Assembly: GCA_964019335.1 (NCBI GenBank)
Contig: OZ025664.1
Location: forward strand, 697,524-761,523
Length of the DNA stretch: 64,000 bases
Reading direction: 5' to 3'
From: Diplonema japonicum
Taxonomy: Eukaryota > Protista > Euglenozoa: Diplonemea
Part shown: in pieces, positions 47,854 to 60,233 of the stretch
Position numbering within the stretch: position 1 is the stretch's first letter
How the letters are laid out: each line of letters opens with the position of its first letter
Position numbers and translations under genes: made by a program
The notes under the pieces: model-generated
Told to the model about the DNA's origin: nothing
The model's database searches: none
What the model saw: only the letters and a program-made list of their open reading frames with translations

Positions 47854-48799
47854 ATGATGAGGAGGTTTGCCTGCAGGATAGGAAGGGCAAGGGGAGTGAG
47901 GTTTGTTGGGGATAAGCCTGGAACGGATGTAGGCTTTGGTCAGAACGTTGACGAAGTCATCAACAATATTCATCTGAGTGACGAGGAGATGAAGCGTTTA
48001 GTGAAAGTAAGCAATCGAGCGTCGCTACCAGAGCTCTTGGGGGAAGACCCACAGAACATCATTCCAGAGGCTTTCTATGAGTCAGAGACGGTAGACCTCG
48101 CGTTGGCGTTTATTACAGCAGTGGATAGTCTGAACCTCAGTGCCGAAGAGACGCGGACAGTGGAAGACTTGTTTGATACTGCGTTTGAGGGAAAGGAACC
48201 AAGTGAGTTATTCGTAAAGGCGTGTCTGTGTTTGGAGGTGCAGACCCTCAGGGAGAACAGTGAATGCTTGTTGTTGATCGGAAAGTTCATTCGCGACAGC
48301 ATACACCCTACGCACAGGAGGGCAGTCTTGTCGTTGACGTACCAATGCTATCCGCTTCCACATTTTGAAGAACTGTGGACGTTGCACAAACTTCCTGCAG
48401 GAGTCGCTGTCTCGCAGGACATGCTCTTCGACTTGGTGCGGACGGGGACTTCACAGCACTATGACGTGCTTGTCGAGAACATTGCCTCCGATGTTGAGCT
48501 TTCGTCGATGGTAACGAAGGTGAGTGCCGACACGAAGCTTGCGGTTCTCTTAAAGGTATGCTCCCTCTTCCCCTCCTCATCTTGTGCAGGAAGCGTTTGC
48601 GGCGTTCCAACAAGGTGACGACCTTGTTGACGCTGAGGATGTCATCAAGACATTGGCGACACTCCCGGACAGCAAACAGTGGTATGAATTGTTGTGTTCC
48701 ATCAGCCACCACAGGATCGAACGAGTTGATAAATTCAAAGACGAGAACAATAAGTTAAATCTGCGAAGCTTCATCAGCAGCTTAGTTTACGGCGAGTAG
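47854..48799 (+). CDS. Hypothetical protein with Arg-rich mitochondrial-type presequence; 2 exons
   Basis: MMRRFACRIGRARGVRF; GTATG...CAG intron near 48556-48589 joins the 48584-48799 frame. Confidence 0.6.
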
Positions 48800-48865
48800 C
48801 AGTTGTGCTAACACTGCACACCATTCTACACGACACATTCTGATCACTATTCCTCACAGGCTAAA

Positions 48866-51800
48866 ATGGCGGAGGGCATTTCAGACATGCCGTCTACTGT
48901 TGTGATCTTCTACAGCCCAGGTGACGCCTGGCGTATGGGGACTGTTCTTCCCTATGAGCCAAACGCGACAACAGGTCAAGTGCAGGATGCGGAGAACAGG
49001 CAGCTGTACACAGTGAGACTCCCCGAGGATATATATTACATGCGAAGTCCTCTGCCGTTCCCAGATGAGATAGAAGACTTGCTGCTGTTGTCGGACGTGC
49101 ACTGGGGCCCCCTCCTGTGCTCTTTGAGGATCCGCTTCCAAGATGAGCGATTCTGTACGTCAGTGGGCAGGGACAGCATGCTTTGCATCAATCCAGCAAA
49201 ACCAATCGCCAACGACATGACGCCTCACTTGTATTTGCAAGACCAGCAGAACCTCCCTCCCCATCCCTGGATGCAGGCGTCCAGGGCTCTCATGCACGTG
49301 AATAATACAGGAAACGATGCCGTTATTTCTCTTGCGGGGGACCCAGGTAGTGGTAAGACGACCGCTGCTAAGCAAATGATAGATTTATTGCTTACACAAC
49401 TACCCCACACTGCACAATCTCAGTCTTCAGTTGTCACCCTTCGTGTTGCAGCTCAGGTTTCAGAGGAGCTCTTCGTGACCACTGTTACTAGCGCCTTTGG
49501 GTTGCCCCCATCGTCTTTGAAAGTTCTATCCGTGCAGCCAGAGAGCGAACATGCGGAATACACTTTTAGGTTCCACGACGCAGGTCAAGAAGGAGAGCGC
49601 CGTGCGAGGGACTTCCAGTCTTTCGCAAATCTTGTACCGCCTGAAATCAGGTCCAGTTTAGGGGCTGTGTCATCATCAGTGAAGGAAGCAAGAGTATGGC
49701 CTTCTCGCAGTGTTGCAGTCATCACGGAGGCCTTGTGTCACGCGAGAACAACCAGAAATGCTAATGCATCAAAGGCCATTGTTCTGCATCGCTTTGCAAT
49801 GGCTAACAAGTGTCTTGTGGGGACAGAGGTGCGTACCTATCTATTGGAATCAAACCGCGCAACGGGACCACCTCATGGCGAGCGGACCTTTCATATTTTC
49901 TATTATCTGCTCGCAGGGGCGTCTGACTGGGAAAGAGCGCGGTACCACCTACCGTTAAAAGAAGAACTGGGGGAGATGGCCTTTGCTGTGCTTGGAAGGT
50001 CGAGAGCAGCCGCAGATTCGTCAGGTCGCAGTCCTTGGGAACAATCGATGGCTTCGCTGCACTCGATGGGTGCTTCCGGTGACTGGACGGCGGATATTGA
50101 AGAACTCACATCTAGCTATGAAGAGCTCATCGACGCCTTCGACGCGTGCAAAGTAAGCCACAGGCTGCAGGACTGGATCTTCAAGATGCTGTCAGCTATT
50201 CTGCATCTTGGTCAGCTCAACTTCGTGTCGTCGCAATCAGGTGCCACTGTTGTAGCACCGACATCGCAGGACTCACTCGCAAATGTTGCTGACTGCCTGC
50301 AGGTTAACAAAGACAGTCTGGAAAGTGCATTGACGAAGCACATACACAAGGTGCGAAGTGAGCCAGTAGACATCAGACTGACCCCGATGCAAGCGTGCTC
50401 TGCAAGGGACTGCCTTATGCGGTCGCTGTACGAAAAGGTAGTTGATATCACCGTGGCGACGCTGAACAACCAACTGATGCCACAGGAGGAGGTTAGCGGA
50501 TGGGTGTCGATCTTGGACTACATGGGCACGGAAGATGGTGTTCACAACGACATCAACGCCTTGGCCACAAACTACGCGAATGAGGTGTTGCAGAATTTCT
50601 ACAACAAAGTTGTGTACAACGACGACGTGAAAGAGTGCAGAGAAGAGTTGGGGGAGGACTACAACGTTTCCAACGCCGCTTACACAGATGTGTACTGCAT
50701 TGTGAAGCTCATGCGTGCTAACATGGGACTCTTCTCGATTATAGATGAAGAGAGTTCACAGCAAGCGCCTTCGGACACTACACTGTTGGATACACTGCAG
50801 AGCCGTTTAGGAAACCACCCCAACTTCGAGCGTAAGACTATTGTTGGGAACACCTTTACTGTTTCCCACAGCTCCGGACCTATCGACTACAACACAACTG
50901 GTTTTTGTGCTTCCAACAGAAATGTTGTGCTACCCAACGACTTGCGGCAATGTCTTGCTGTGAGCTTGTGCAAGTACACGTCTCAGGTCTTCCTGACGCC
51001 GCAGGAGTTGAAGCAGAAGCAGGCAATAGAATCGGAGCACGGTAAAAGGTGTGGATCATTAAATAACATTATTACCACCACCACACAGCACTCAAGGTGA
51101 CATGCCTGCCGACTTCGTTGCTGTCAATGCGAGGCTCCAACTGGCCAAGTCGGCAAGCAATAAAACAACCTTCCTCGCAAAGGTGAAACATCAGCTATTT
51201 TCTCTATTGTCTCTGGTTGAAGAGGCAAAGCCGTTTTTTATCAGATGTATCCGACCTGCAAAAGGGCTTTCAGGAACAGGGCCATTGTTTCACGGAAGGT
51301 ATTGAAAATACTAGAAGCAACGCTTACAGGCATGTTATGAAGCAGCTGCATTCATTCGATGTCCTCAGCACTCTTCAGCAAAAGCAGATGAGCTATGCAG
51401 TGCGGCAGCCGTTCAGCAGTTTGTTGCAAACTTTGTGGCTTCTGTCTTATGACCTGCCACAAAGCCCTGATCCTCGGCAGCAGGTCTGCCAACTCTGCGA
51501 GTCCTATGGCTTAGGTGAGGATGCTTTCAGGGCGGGTATGCATACAGCAATGAAGTAAAACCAATGCAGGAAAGACAATGGCATTCTTGTCAAAGAGCGC
51601 GTATACCTTGCTGCTTGATAAACAGAAGGCGAAAGAAAAAGCTCTTGCAGAAGTAGTGCAAGCCTTCTGCAGAGGGGCACTGGACACCAATAATTTGCAG
51701 CACAGCAGGGATGCTCTTATTAAAGAGATGAAGGAACAGCTCAGTCTGAAAAATACTGTGCAGCAAAAGCTGAAGTGGGAAGGTGAGAAAGCACAACGCG

Positions 51801-53092
51801 AGTTGATGGACAAGCAGAGTCTCGTACAAGAGGAGGCGAGGTCCAGGAGGAACGTCGACAACCAAGAGGCAGTGGACTACATCGCGATAATGACGGGGCT
51901 TATTGAAGGAGTCGAGCACGTAAGGGAGGCGAGGTCACAAAAGAGGAAGCAAGAGGAGAGGGAGAAGCAGCTCCGTTTGAGGTCTCTGTTGAGTGAGGAA
52001 CGCAATCTTGAGGAGCGAAGATCTAATGACAGATTGACGCAGCGGATGCTTGCACAGGTATGTGGGTTCACTCTTCAAATAGCATCAAAAACAGGGTGGG
52101 AGGCTGGACAGGATACTGACGAAAAAGTACCAGGTCGAGGAAGGGTTAAGAGAGAAGAGGGATAAGATGGCAAGTACGCAGCAGCGGCTAATGGAGTTTC
52201 GTGTCAACCAAGAGAAGAAGCGCATTAAGACAGAGCGTGAGCTGCTTAAGAAGGAAGCGAAGCATGACTCATTCATAGAACGCAAGAGATTCCAAAGATG
52301 TCAGCTGGAAGAGAAGAAACTCGCGATGGAATCCAGTGACAAGAAAGCGAGAGAGGCGAGGTTACGCGCCAGGAAGGCATGGGAGGAGGCCAAGCGTGAA
52401 GAGTTTGATCTTGACATGATCGAGCGTGAGGTCATTCATAAGGTTGAGGCGGAGCTCCTGGAGTCGAAAAATCGTGAGAACCATGTGAAGAAGGCACAGA
52501 AGGAGGAAGCACTTCGGTTAGAGAAGGAGAAGCTAGAGAGGTTGGAGAAGATTCGCATCGCGAAGCAGTTGCAGAGAGAGAAACAAGAAAAGCTAGACAA
52601 AGAAAGAAGTGCTGAGGCGCAAAAGAAAAAAGAGCGTGATGCATGGAATGCTCAACAGCAACAGAGACACCTGAAGTCGGAAATGAGCAAGATTCAAGAA
52701 GCAGAGGAGAAGCGGAGGTTTGCAAGAAGGCAGCGCGACAAGCTCAGGGTGGGTGCCCCCGAGGTGTTCAGCCAGTTAGTAGAGCCTTTGGTATGTTGGT
52801 GTACACAAAAAAACCCCCAGCAGATGCGTGGCTCGAGCGTAGGAGTTTCTCCGAGCAGGAGGTCAGTAAGGTATACCAAGATCGCAAGACACATTTTATA
52901 TTCATCCACAGTCAACACCGCCTTCCTTCCTACATGGCACCGCCGTCGCCTTTTGTGATGACAAACGGAAAAGCTATCCATTCCCCCATGTTGGGACCTT
53001 CCAAGAAGGCGGGCTTGTTTGACTACCAGGAGTCGATACACCGCAAGTCACGGTCTTCTTACTCTGTGTCGCCTACGCGTTTTAGGCCTTAG
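48866..53092 (+). CDS. Divergent myosin heavy chain (motor, IQ-like segment, charged coiled-coil/SAH tail); multi-exon
   Basis: LPPHPW, GDPGSGKT, YLLE, ERTFHIFYYLLAG, SAILHLG, NYANEVLQ, GLFSIIDEE, FTVSHSSG.IDY, PFFIRCIRP. Confidence 0.85.
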
Positions 53093-53179
53093 ATTTGTGT
53101 ATTTATTGTTGTTAAATCTGTATTAGAGTAGTGCCAGTGTCGTTGTCAGTACAGCCGCACCCACCACATTGCAGGTTGG

Positions 53180-54853
53180 ATGGAAAGAAATGGTGAGAAA
53201 CAGCTAGCGAACTTGCTGACAGCGCACTTCAAGGAGCAGGGGACGCTCTCGTACTTAGAAAACAACATCGACTGTGATGTTGAAGAGCTGTTAAACCAGC
53301 TGGAGGGGAATGACGTGCGGAAGAGGCACGACATACAACATGGCTACTTGCAGGTAGAGCTGAAGAGCTGCCACTCGCTGCTAGACCCTCCGGGGAGTGG
53401 GATGCAGTGTTCGATGCTGTTTGAAGGCACGCGGCATGTCACACCCACATGCATGGCACATAACGAAGAGGTCGTCTTTGACACGACATGCATATTTCCC
53501 CTTTTCCCTCGGGGGGACTTGCTCCAGTGCAACACGCCTCTGCACATCGTGCTGCTGAAAACAGCTGATCAGCACCTCTACAAGCTGTGTGAGGCTTTTG
53601 TCGAGTGGCGCACTGTCCTCAGCACGGGTTCCGCCACCATCACGGCAGATCTCACCTCTTCGGCCATTTCTATTCCCACAGGCGTAGTTGTTTTGGACAT
53701 CAAATTCTTCCCCAAAGCGGGGTGCATTCTCTATGCGCCGCATGAGGTTGAGCAACAGTTGTGCGGCGAGAAAGAACAGCAAGGCCGCAGCCAAGTAGGG
53801 CTATCTAGGTACCTGCGCGACTGGTACAAGACTAGCAGTCTTGATCTCAACGCGCACCCCCTGTCGCAGCTGACGGACGGCCCGCCTACGTCACTCCCTG
53901 TGACAAGCTTCATAACACGTATGACGTGCAAAGACTTACCTACTCCATTGGCGGCGGCACGTTATGTTTCGTTGTTCCGCCATGAGGACCGCACTACGTT
54001 GAGTATTACTGGAGATGTCAAACCCAGAGACGTGTGGGCCTCGATGCATGTTGTTGTAGCAACGCGTGCTGCAAATGTGAGTGAGAGGTGTTGCCTTCTG
54101 TGTTGTTTGCTGCTTGGGTTTTCGATTGATGCGTGGGTTGCAGCTGGTGTGATGTCAGAGAAGAAATTCATGTGCGTGCTGACACGTGACGGGGAAAGTG
54201 TTACCTGTTGGGACGCTGAGCTAGGGACAAGTTACGCTTACGGGAAGCAGGGTGCCTTCACAGTGCATCAGGTGTTTAATGATACGAGGTGCTTGTTCAA
54301 CCAGCAGCTGGCTTCGGGCTTTACTTCATTCTCGTTTGACGAGCCTGAGTTATGGAAGCCGTTCGAATGGGATTTTCCAACCGCAAATATGGTGCGTAGT
54401 CTGACAACACTGCGTGTTCTGCACAACGGCATCAACGAAGAGGAGCTTGAGGAGCGACTGGTGACAAACATCAGGGGCTGCAGAGCTGGGCTTGGCCTCA
54501 GGGGGCGAGTGATGCGGGAAGGGGGGCTTTACGAAGTGATGGGTCAGGCGCTGTGGCAGTATGAGATGGCTGCTGTGACCAATATGCAAACAGGAGGCGA
54601 GGCCTTGTTTCGAGCTGCGTGCTACTCTCAGGTACCAAAGAGGTACTCTCTTAAGTTCATTCCAACGCATCATACGTGTGCACACCTGCCATCAATTATG
54701 TCGTCGCTCATGGAGCATAGGGACACTCGCGAGCTGGTGGAAACACACAACCGCGACACAAGCATCACGGTGCGGTGCAAGATAACCGAGTACCCGGAGG
54801 GTGTAACATCTACATGGGTTTCAATAGCCGTGCTGCACCATAACATTGATTAG
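53180..54853 (+). CDS. CEP76: CEP76-like centrosomal protein (C2 plus transglutaminase-like domain)
   Basis: EAFVEWRTVL, TPLAAARYVSL, DVWAS.H, LLCCLLLGFSIDAWV, YPEGVTSTWV. Confidence 0.72.
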   Translation: MERNGEKQLANLLTAHFKEQGTLSYLENNIDCDVEELLNQLEGNDVRKRHDIQHGYLQVELKSCHSLLDPPGSGMQCSMLFEGTRHVTPTCMAHNEEVVFDTTCIFPLFPRGDLLQCNTPLHIVLLKTADQHLYKLCEAFVEWRTVLSTGSATITADLTSSAISIPTGVVVLDIKFFPKAGCILYAPHEVEQQLCGEKEQQGRSQVGLSRYLRDWYKTSSLDLNAHPLSQLTDGPPTSLPVTSFITRMTCKDLPTPLAAARYVSLFRHEDRTTLSITGDVKPRDVWASMHVVVATRAANVSERCCLLCCLLLGFSIDAWVAAGVMSEKKFMCVLTRDGESVTCWDAELGTSYAYGKQGAFTVHQVFNDTRCLFNQQLASGFTSFSFDEPELWKPFEWDFPTANMVRSLTTLRVLHNGINEEELEERLVTNIRGCRAGLGLRGRVMREGGLYEVMGQALWQYEMAAVTNMQTGGEALFRAACYSQVPKRYSLKFIPTHHTCAHLPSIMSSLMEHRDTRELVETHNRDTSITVRCKITEYPEGVTSTWVSIAVLHHNID

Positions 54854-54912
54854 AATCTGATATTTAAAATAGCTAGTTTTTCTTGCACTCTTTACAACAT
54901 ATACCAGAGACC

Positions 54913-56254
54913 ATGCATCGTTTGGTTTGGGCAGTAAGGAGGGCAAGATGCAGGTCAGCTTCGCTGTACCCAGGGTATAAACTTCTTTCTTAGTCGCTCA
55001 CAAACTAATAGGATCAGCTCTGTAGAGTATGTGGAAACACCTGAGTTTAAACGAGACGTAGGGCAGTTCAAGATCCTCCAGCAGATGGGCACCGACGGTA
55101 AGGTGGCGGAGGGTGTTGAGATGCCGTTTTCGTGGGAAGACGCCACCAAGATGTACGAGTGCATGGTGAGGAGCAGTGTGTATGATGTGGCGCTTAGCGA
55201 GATGCAGCGGCAGGGCAGGATCACCTTCTACTGTACGAATCATGGTGAAGAGGCAGCGTCGACTGCGTCAGGTGCTGCATTTGAACCGCAGGACATGATC
55301 TGGCCTCAGTACAGAGAGCTTGGAATGTTTTTGTGGAGAGGCCTCACGACAGAGAGTATTGTAGACTGTTGCATGGGCAACGAAGGTGACGAGGCAAAGG
55401 GTAGAGCACTCCCGGTACACTACATGCTGCCCGAGGCTAACGTGCAAGTGGTTCATGCCGTGTTGGGCACACACATTGCGCAGGTATGCAAATGCAACTC
55501 GATTGTTCATGTTTCAGGCACCTGGTGCAGGGTACGCTTACAAGCTGAATGGTGAGGACAGATGCTCGGTCGCCTATTTTGGTGACGGTGCTGCAAGTGA
55601 AGGTGATGCTCTGAGTGCTCTGAACTACGCGTCTGTGTTGAAATGTCAGACAGTTTTCGTCTGCAGGAATAACGGGTACTCGATCTCAACTCCTGTTTCA
55701 GTATGAATGTTATTCCATGACAATGACAACACCCACAGGACCAGTACGCAGGTGATGGCATCGCAGCTAGAGGGGCTGCCTTCGACATCCCCACAATCAG
55801 GATCGACGGAAATGACGTGTTTGCCGTGTACAACGGCGTCAAGGCCGCAAGGAAACACTGTGTCGAGAACAAAGAGCCAGTTCTTGTCGAGCTGATGACG
55901 TATCGTGTGGGTGACCACACCACCTCTGACAACTCGAGTGCCTACAGGCCTGAAGGTGAAGTGGAATCCAATATTGAAGAAGGGAAGCACCCCATTGATC
56001 GCTTTAAGTTATATTTGGAGGCAAACGGAAGGTGGGATGCGGAGAAGGAAAAAGCACTGCGAAAGAAGGCGCACACGGAGATTATGACGGCTATGAAAGC
56101 TGGCGAGAACAAAAAGAGGGCGAATCCCACACATATGTTTACCGACATGTACGACGAGCTGCCATGGCATCTTAAGGAGCAACATGACTCCATGCATGCC
56201 CACATCCAGAACAACCGTGACAAGTACAACACTAAAGCCTACAGGGATCTTTGA
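54913..56254 (+). CDS. BCKDHA: Branched-chain 2-oxoacid dehydrogenase E1 alpha subunit; multi-exon
   Basis: QRQGRITFY, GEEA, PQYRE, ThDP motif GDGAASEGD...RNNGYSIST, TYRVGDHTTSDNSSAYR, MFTDMYDELP. Confidence 0.9.
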
Positions 56255-56417
56255 TGTCATGATGAGTGTGTGCGGTATTCGTTGACTGATTCTTCTCGAC
56301 GAAATGTGTTTGTTTTTCCCTTCTTTCATGTTTTAACAAAGGTGTGTCTTTGATACCTATGTTATTCTGTTACAGTTTTACGTTGTCTTCACCCTTAAAC
56401 AGCTTTACATTAATAAA

Positions 56418-58007
56418 ATGTTGCTCAAGGTTCTACTTGCAGCTGCGCTGTTTGTCTCGACGGAGGCGCACTACTACTACAGGTACGCCTTGCCCATGCA
56501 CCCGCACTGGCCAAGGCAAAGGGATTGGAACCGCCTCAAGGAGAGAATAGATGGTGGGGTCGTCATAAGGGGTGAGGACGAGTACTCTGTTGATGGGATG
56601 TACTACAATTCAAGGACTAACAACCCGCAGCCAGCTGCCATTGCGACACCGAACACCGTGTCTGAAGTCAGGTGCCTGATGCGCTTTGCTCGCAGGCATA
56701 GGATGAGGGTCTCTGTCATCAGCACTGGACACCACACCGACATGCGCTCTACTGCCGATAACTCTCTCATGATCTACATGAAGAACATGAAGGACATGTC
56801 TATCGACCACAATGCCAAGGAGCTCACTGTTGGCCCTGGCAACAACTTCCAAGACGTGCATGCGTTTGTCAAGGCGCAGACCAACAGCACCTTCGTACAG
56901 CTCACAGGTGCTGACTACACCGTAGGCCCTTTCGGGTGGGCTTTAGGTGGTGGTCACGGTATGTTGGGCAGGAAGTATGGTCTCGGGGCTGATGCAATTC
57001 GTGCTGCCACCATTGTCCTTGCTTCTGGTAGGGTGCTGAAGATCAATGACTGCAGGCACGAGGAGCTGTTCAGAGCCATCAGGGGTGGTGGTGGCAATGC
57101 TTTTGGTGTGTTGACCAGCCTCACTTTCCAACTGTTCCCTGACCCTGGTGCCGTTCATGCCTGGTGGGGTGCCTATGCTATTGGTGATGAAGTGACTGAG
57201 AAGTACTCCGCGTGGCTCGCGTCGGCTCCGGACCACGCTGGTGCCTACTGGGTCCCCAGCAATGCTGGCTCTGTTGTCATCTTCGCTTCCTGCTTCGGTG
57301 ACGACTGTACCGACGTCATCGCTGAGCTTGCCGCCATCCCCGGCTGCCTTGCTTCCAACTCTGCCTTCTGTAACTCTGCCCTTGTCTTCCCTGACTACCC
57401 CACGTACGTCAACGCTTTCCCCCAGATCAATGCAAGGGGTGCAAAGCAGTACTGGATGGCAGGTGCCACTCTGGCTGAAGACCTGGATGAGCAGCTGAAG
57501 TTGGTGAACAAATGGATTATGACGCCTGAGGATGTGCCCGTGACGAAGGCATGCTACGCCAACGGGATTGTCGGTGGTGCCAGCAAGTTCATGGATCCCC
57601 ACGGTGAAAAGACAGCCGTCGCACAGGCCATGAGGGACAGTGTGCAAGCCATCACATGCGCGCTCGTGTGGAACAACTTGACCCCTGAGCAGGAGAAGGA
57701 CCTTATCGCAACTGGTGACGTGTTTTCCGAGACAGTGCTGAAGCCTTTCAGCCCGCAGGGGTGGGTGTACTGGAACGAGGCGCAACATAACTTCCCCCAG
57801 AACGACTGGAGGGAACGTTACTGGGGCGGGCTTGACAACTACCTGAGGCTGAGGGCTGTGAAGCTGCGCTACGACCCATGGAACTTCCTCACATGCCATC
57901 ACTGCGTTGGGTGGCAGTTCGACGAGGAAGTAGACCCCGCTGTCTGCCCCGAATCGGGTTGCAGCTGTTCCAACACACCTAGGGGGGAGTGTGCTACGTA
58001 CGCCTAG
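56418..58007 (+). CDS. Secreted FAD-linked oxidase, berberine-bridge-enzyme/VAO family
   Basis: Signal peptide; ISTGHH (flavinylation His), GWALGGGHG..GRKYGLGAD, LFRAIRGGGG..FGV, C-terminal YWNE...YWG..NYLRL..VK..YDP; intronless. Confidence 0.88.
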   Translation: MLLKVLLAAALFVSTEAHYYYRYALPMHPHWPRQRDWNRLKERIDGGVVIRGEDEYSVDGMYYNSRTNNPQPAAIATPNTVSEVRCLMRFARRHRMRVSVISTGHHTDMRSTADNSLMIYMKNMKDMSIDHNAKELTVGPGNNFQDVHAFVKAQTNSTFVQLTGADYTVGPFGWALGGGHGMLGRKYGLGADAIRAATIVLASGRVLKINDCRHEELFRAIRGGGGNAFGVLTSLTFQLFPDPGAVHAWWGAYAIGDEVTEKYSAWLASAPDHAGAYWVPSNAGSVVIFASCFGDDCTDVIAELAAIPGCLASNSAFCNSALVFPDYPTYVNAFPQINARGAKQYWMAGATLAEDLDEQLKLVNKWIMTPEDVPVTKACYANGIVGGASKFMDPHGEKTAVAQAMRDSVQAITCALVWNNLTPEQEKDLIATGDVFSETVLKPFSPQGWVYWNEAQHNFPQNDWRERYWGGLDNYLRLRAVKLRYDPWNFLTCHHCVGWQFDEEVDPAVCPESGCSCSNTPRGECATYA

Positions 58008-59994
58008 GTACGGTAACGGCACAATAAGTTCTTTTGAATGTTTTCAACATGCAACTGTAAGATAATTTCTCACAGCCATTGTGTGTCTGTGTGCTCAGCT
58101 TTTTTATATTTTTTTTAAATTTAGAAGTACTTTCGAGACCAAGACTATCCGTTTGGAAAAGAATTCAACGCGAAGGTTTTTTGCCTTGCCCAACGTGAAA
58201 AGCAGTTGTTCTAGGACGGAAAAGCTTCACAAAAAGGGAACGGATGCAAAACGTTTTGGTCTCTAAATATACTTCCCCCTTTTTTCGTCAGTGAGCGCAA
58301 AAAACGCAATCCTTTTTTTTTAATATTCAGTTGTCTTTCCTTCTTTATTTTTAGACCTAGGGAAGACTGGGTTTCACATATTTTTTAATTGTGATCACCC
58401 ACGTCCCTTGCCACTCTGTAGGTTCCCTTGCTTTCGTTTCCATTTTTTCTTCCAACTCTTGGTGTGGCAGGAACTGCGCCGACTGCCACACTTGTCACCT
58501 TCAGCGGCTGCGGCAGGCAACATAATGGGTGTGCTTAGGATGCCACTCTGCCTTTTAGGAAGCTATTTGCTTTTGTAAAAGGATGTTATCTGGCGAAATT
58601 GGTGACAGCACTCTCACTTTTTACTCCTTTTACTTTCTTCAACCTCTTCCTCCTTCACTTCACTTTTTTTTTCTTTTATTGCGAGATCGAATTTGCGATA
58701 GTTTTTTTCGAATTACTTTTTTGCTCTTTTATTGATAATTCACCAGGCTCTTTTCAACGTTTACAAAAACATTTGGTTTTCTTTCTTGATCGGCTCCACT
58801 TCTGTCTATTCCAATTGCGACAGGTTTGGTATATGGCCGTATCTTGTCACCTTCCTTTTTTCTTTTTTTTCTTTAATTTTTTTTTTAATTTATGGATTTC
58901 TCCTCTCCCGTTCCTTTGTTTCCTTCTCTGTTCTCGTGATGATTGGCAAGTTGGAGGGTGCTTTTCGGAGTTGCTGACAGCTTTCCATCACTCGATTTCT
59001 TTCCCCTCCCCCCCCCACTTTTTTTTAAATGTCTCTTTCTTTTCTTCTTCTTTTAAGGCTTCCTCATCTCACGAAGCACAAATACAGACGATAAACGACA
59101 AACAAATGTTCTGCACAGTACGCTGAATAAGTGGGGACACAATACGAGTTGAGAGCTAGGGCCCGGGCTGTGTCAATGCTGAGAAGTACACCTCTGACTA
59201 GCAAACGACGAGGTGGGCAAGATTTTCCGCAACATCGTGATGCACTTCTGTTTGTTTATTGCCACCCCGGTAGCTTCCACACGGATTTCGCGGACAGGCC
59301 TTCTCCTTCGGCTTCCGCGCCACAACCCTCCGAGCCGGCAGGCTCTCAGATACGTCAGCCAAGATTCGATACGCCTCGGCAACGTCCTCGAGGCTTTGCA
59401 TAAACCCTTTAACGTGTAGCAGCTCGGCGATTCTGTCAGCAAACATTCCAGAGAGATCCGTGTGGACGTGACGACCTCACCTTTTGTGCGAGAGCCAAGG
59501 TGAGGGGGGAACTGTTCACTTTTTTCTTTTCTCTTTTGCCCTCTTACGGATATGCCATTATTTTTAGCAAAGGACAATGTGGGTAAAGCAGAACAAGAGA
59601 TGGGTCTAATAATACTAACGTAAAAGCCGAGTACCTACCTACCCCTTCATAGTTTTAACCTTTTTTTTTTTTTTTTTTTGTCTTCTCTGAGATTTTTACC
59701 GGTAAAAAGGTGGTGGCGGACTGAGTAGAGGAGGGTTTTGTTTCCCACTATTTTATTTCAGTAGCACCCCCCATGCACACTGAAACCTTATCGAATTTAT
59801 TTTGCATTCTATTCATACCAACCTGCACTCTCAATCTAATATCTCTTTTCTTCTTATTCCCCCCCTCCCCCCCCCCCCCTTTATGAACGATTTGAAAGGT
59901 AATTTTGTTTTCCCCGTGTTCAGCTGTTTTTTTATCCTTGCCCCCCTGTAGGGGGGTACAGTTTTTACACGAAGGACACCCATCTTCTCTTCGT

Positions 59995-60037
59995 CAAACC
60001 CGCAAACCCCACAAACCCGCAAACCCGCAAACCCGCA
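59995..60037 (+). repeat. Short tandem array of CAAACCCG-like units (about 5 copies)
   Basis: caaacccgcaaaccccacaaacccgcaaacccgcaaacccgca. Confidence 0.75.
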
Positions 60038-60071
60038 CGAGAAATAAAGCAATCACTTGGTTTTTTAGAAT

Positions 60072-60233
60072 TGTGGGTGTGCGTGTCTGTGTGTGTGTCT
60101 GTGCTGGTGCCTGTATGGGTCTGTGTGCTTGCATTTATCTGCGTGGTGTGTCTGTGCGCGTGCGTGGTCTGTGTGTGTCTGTGTGTGTGCGTGTGTTTGC
60201 GTCTGTGCCTGTGTGCGTGCATGTGTCTGTGCT
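60072..60233 (+). repeat. Degenerate (GT)n/(GTCT/GTGC) microsatellite
   Basis: Directly visible dinucleotide-rich tract. Confidence 0.85.

Noticed and set aside
56943-58022. Long antisense ORFs (359 aa here; also 13692-14771, 17351-18250, 60982-61947)
   Set aside because: They are shadows of codon-biased sense genes and have no motifs.
59995-60037. Telomeric repeat
   Set aside because: The unit is CAAACCCG-like, not TTAGGG/CCCTAA, and only about 5 copies.
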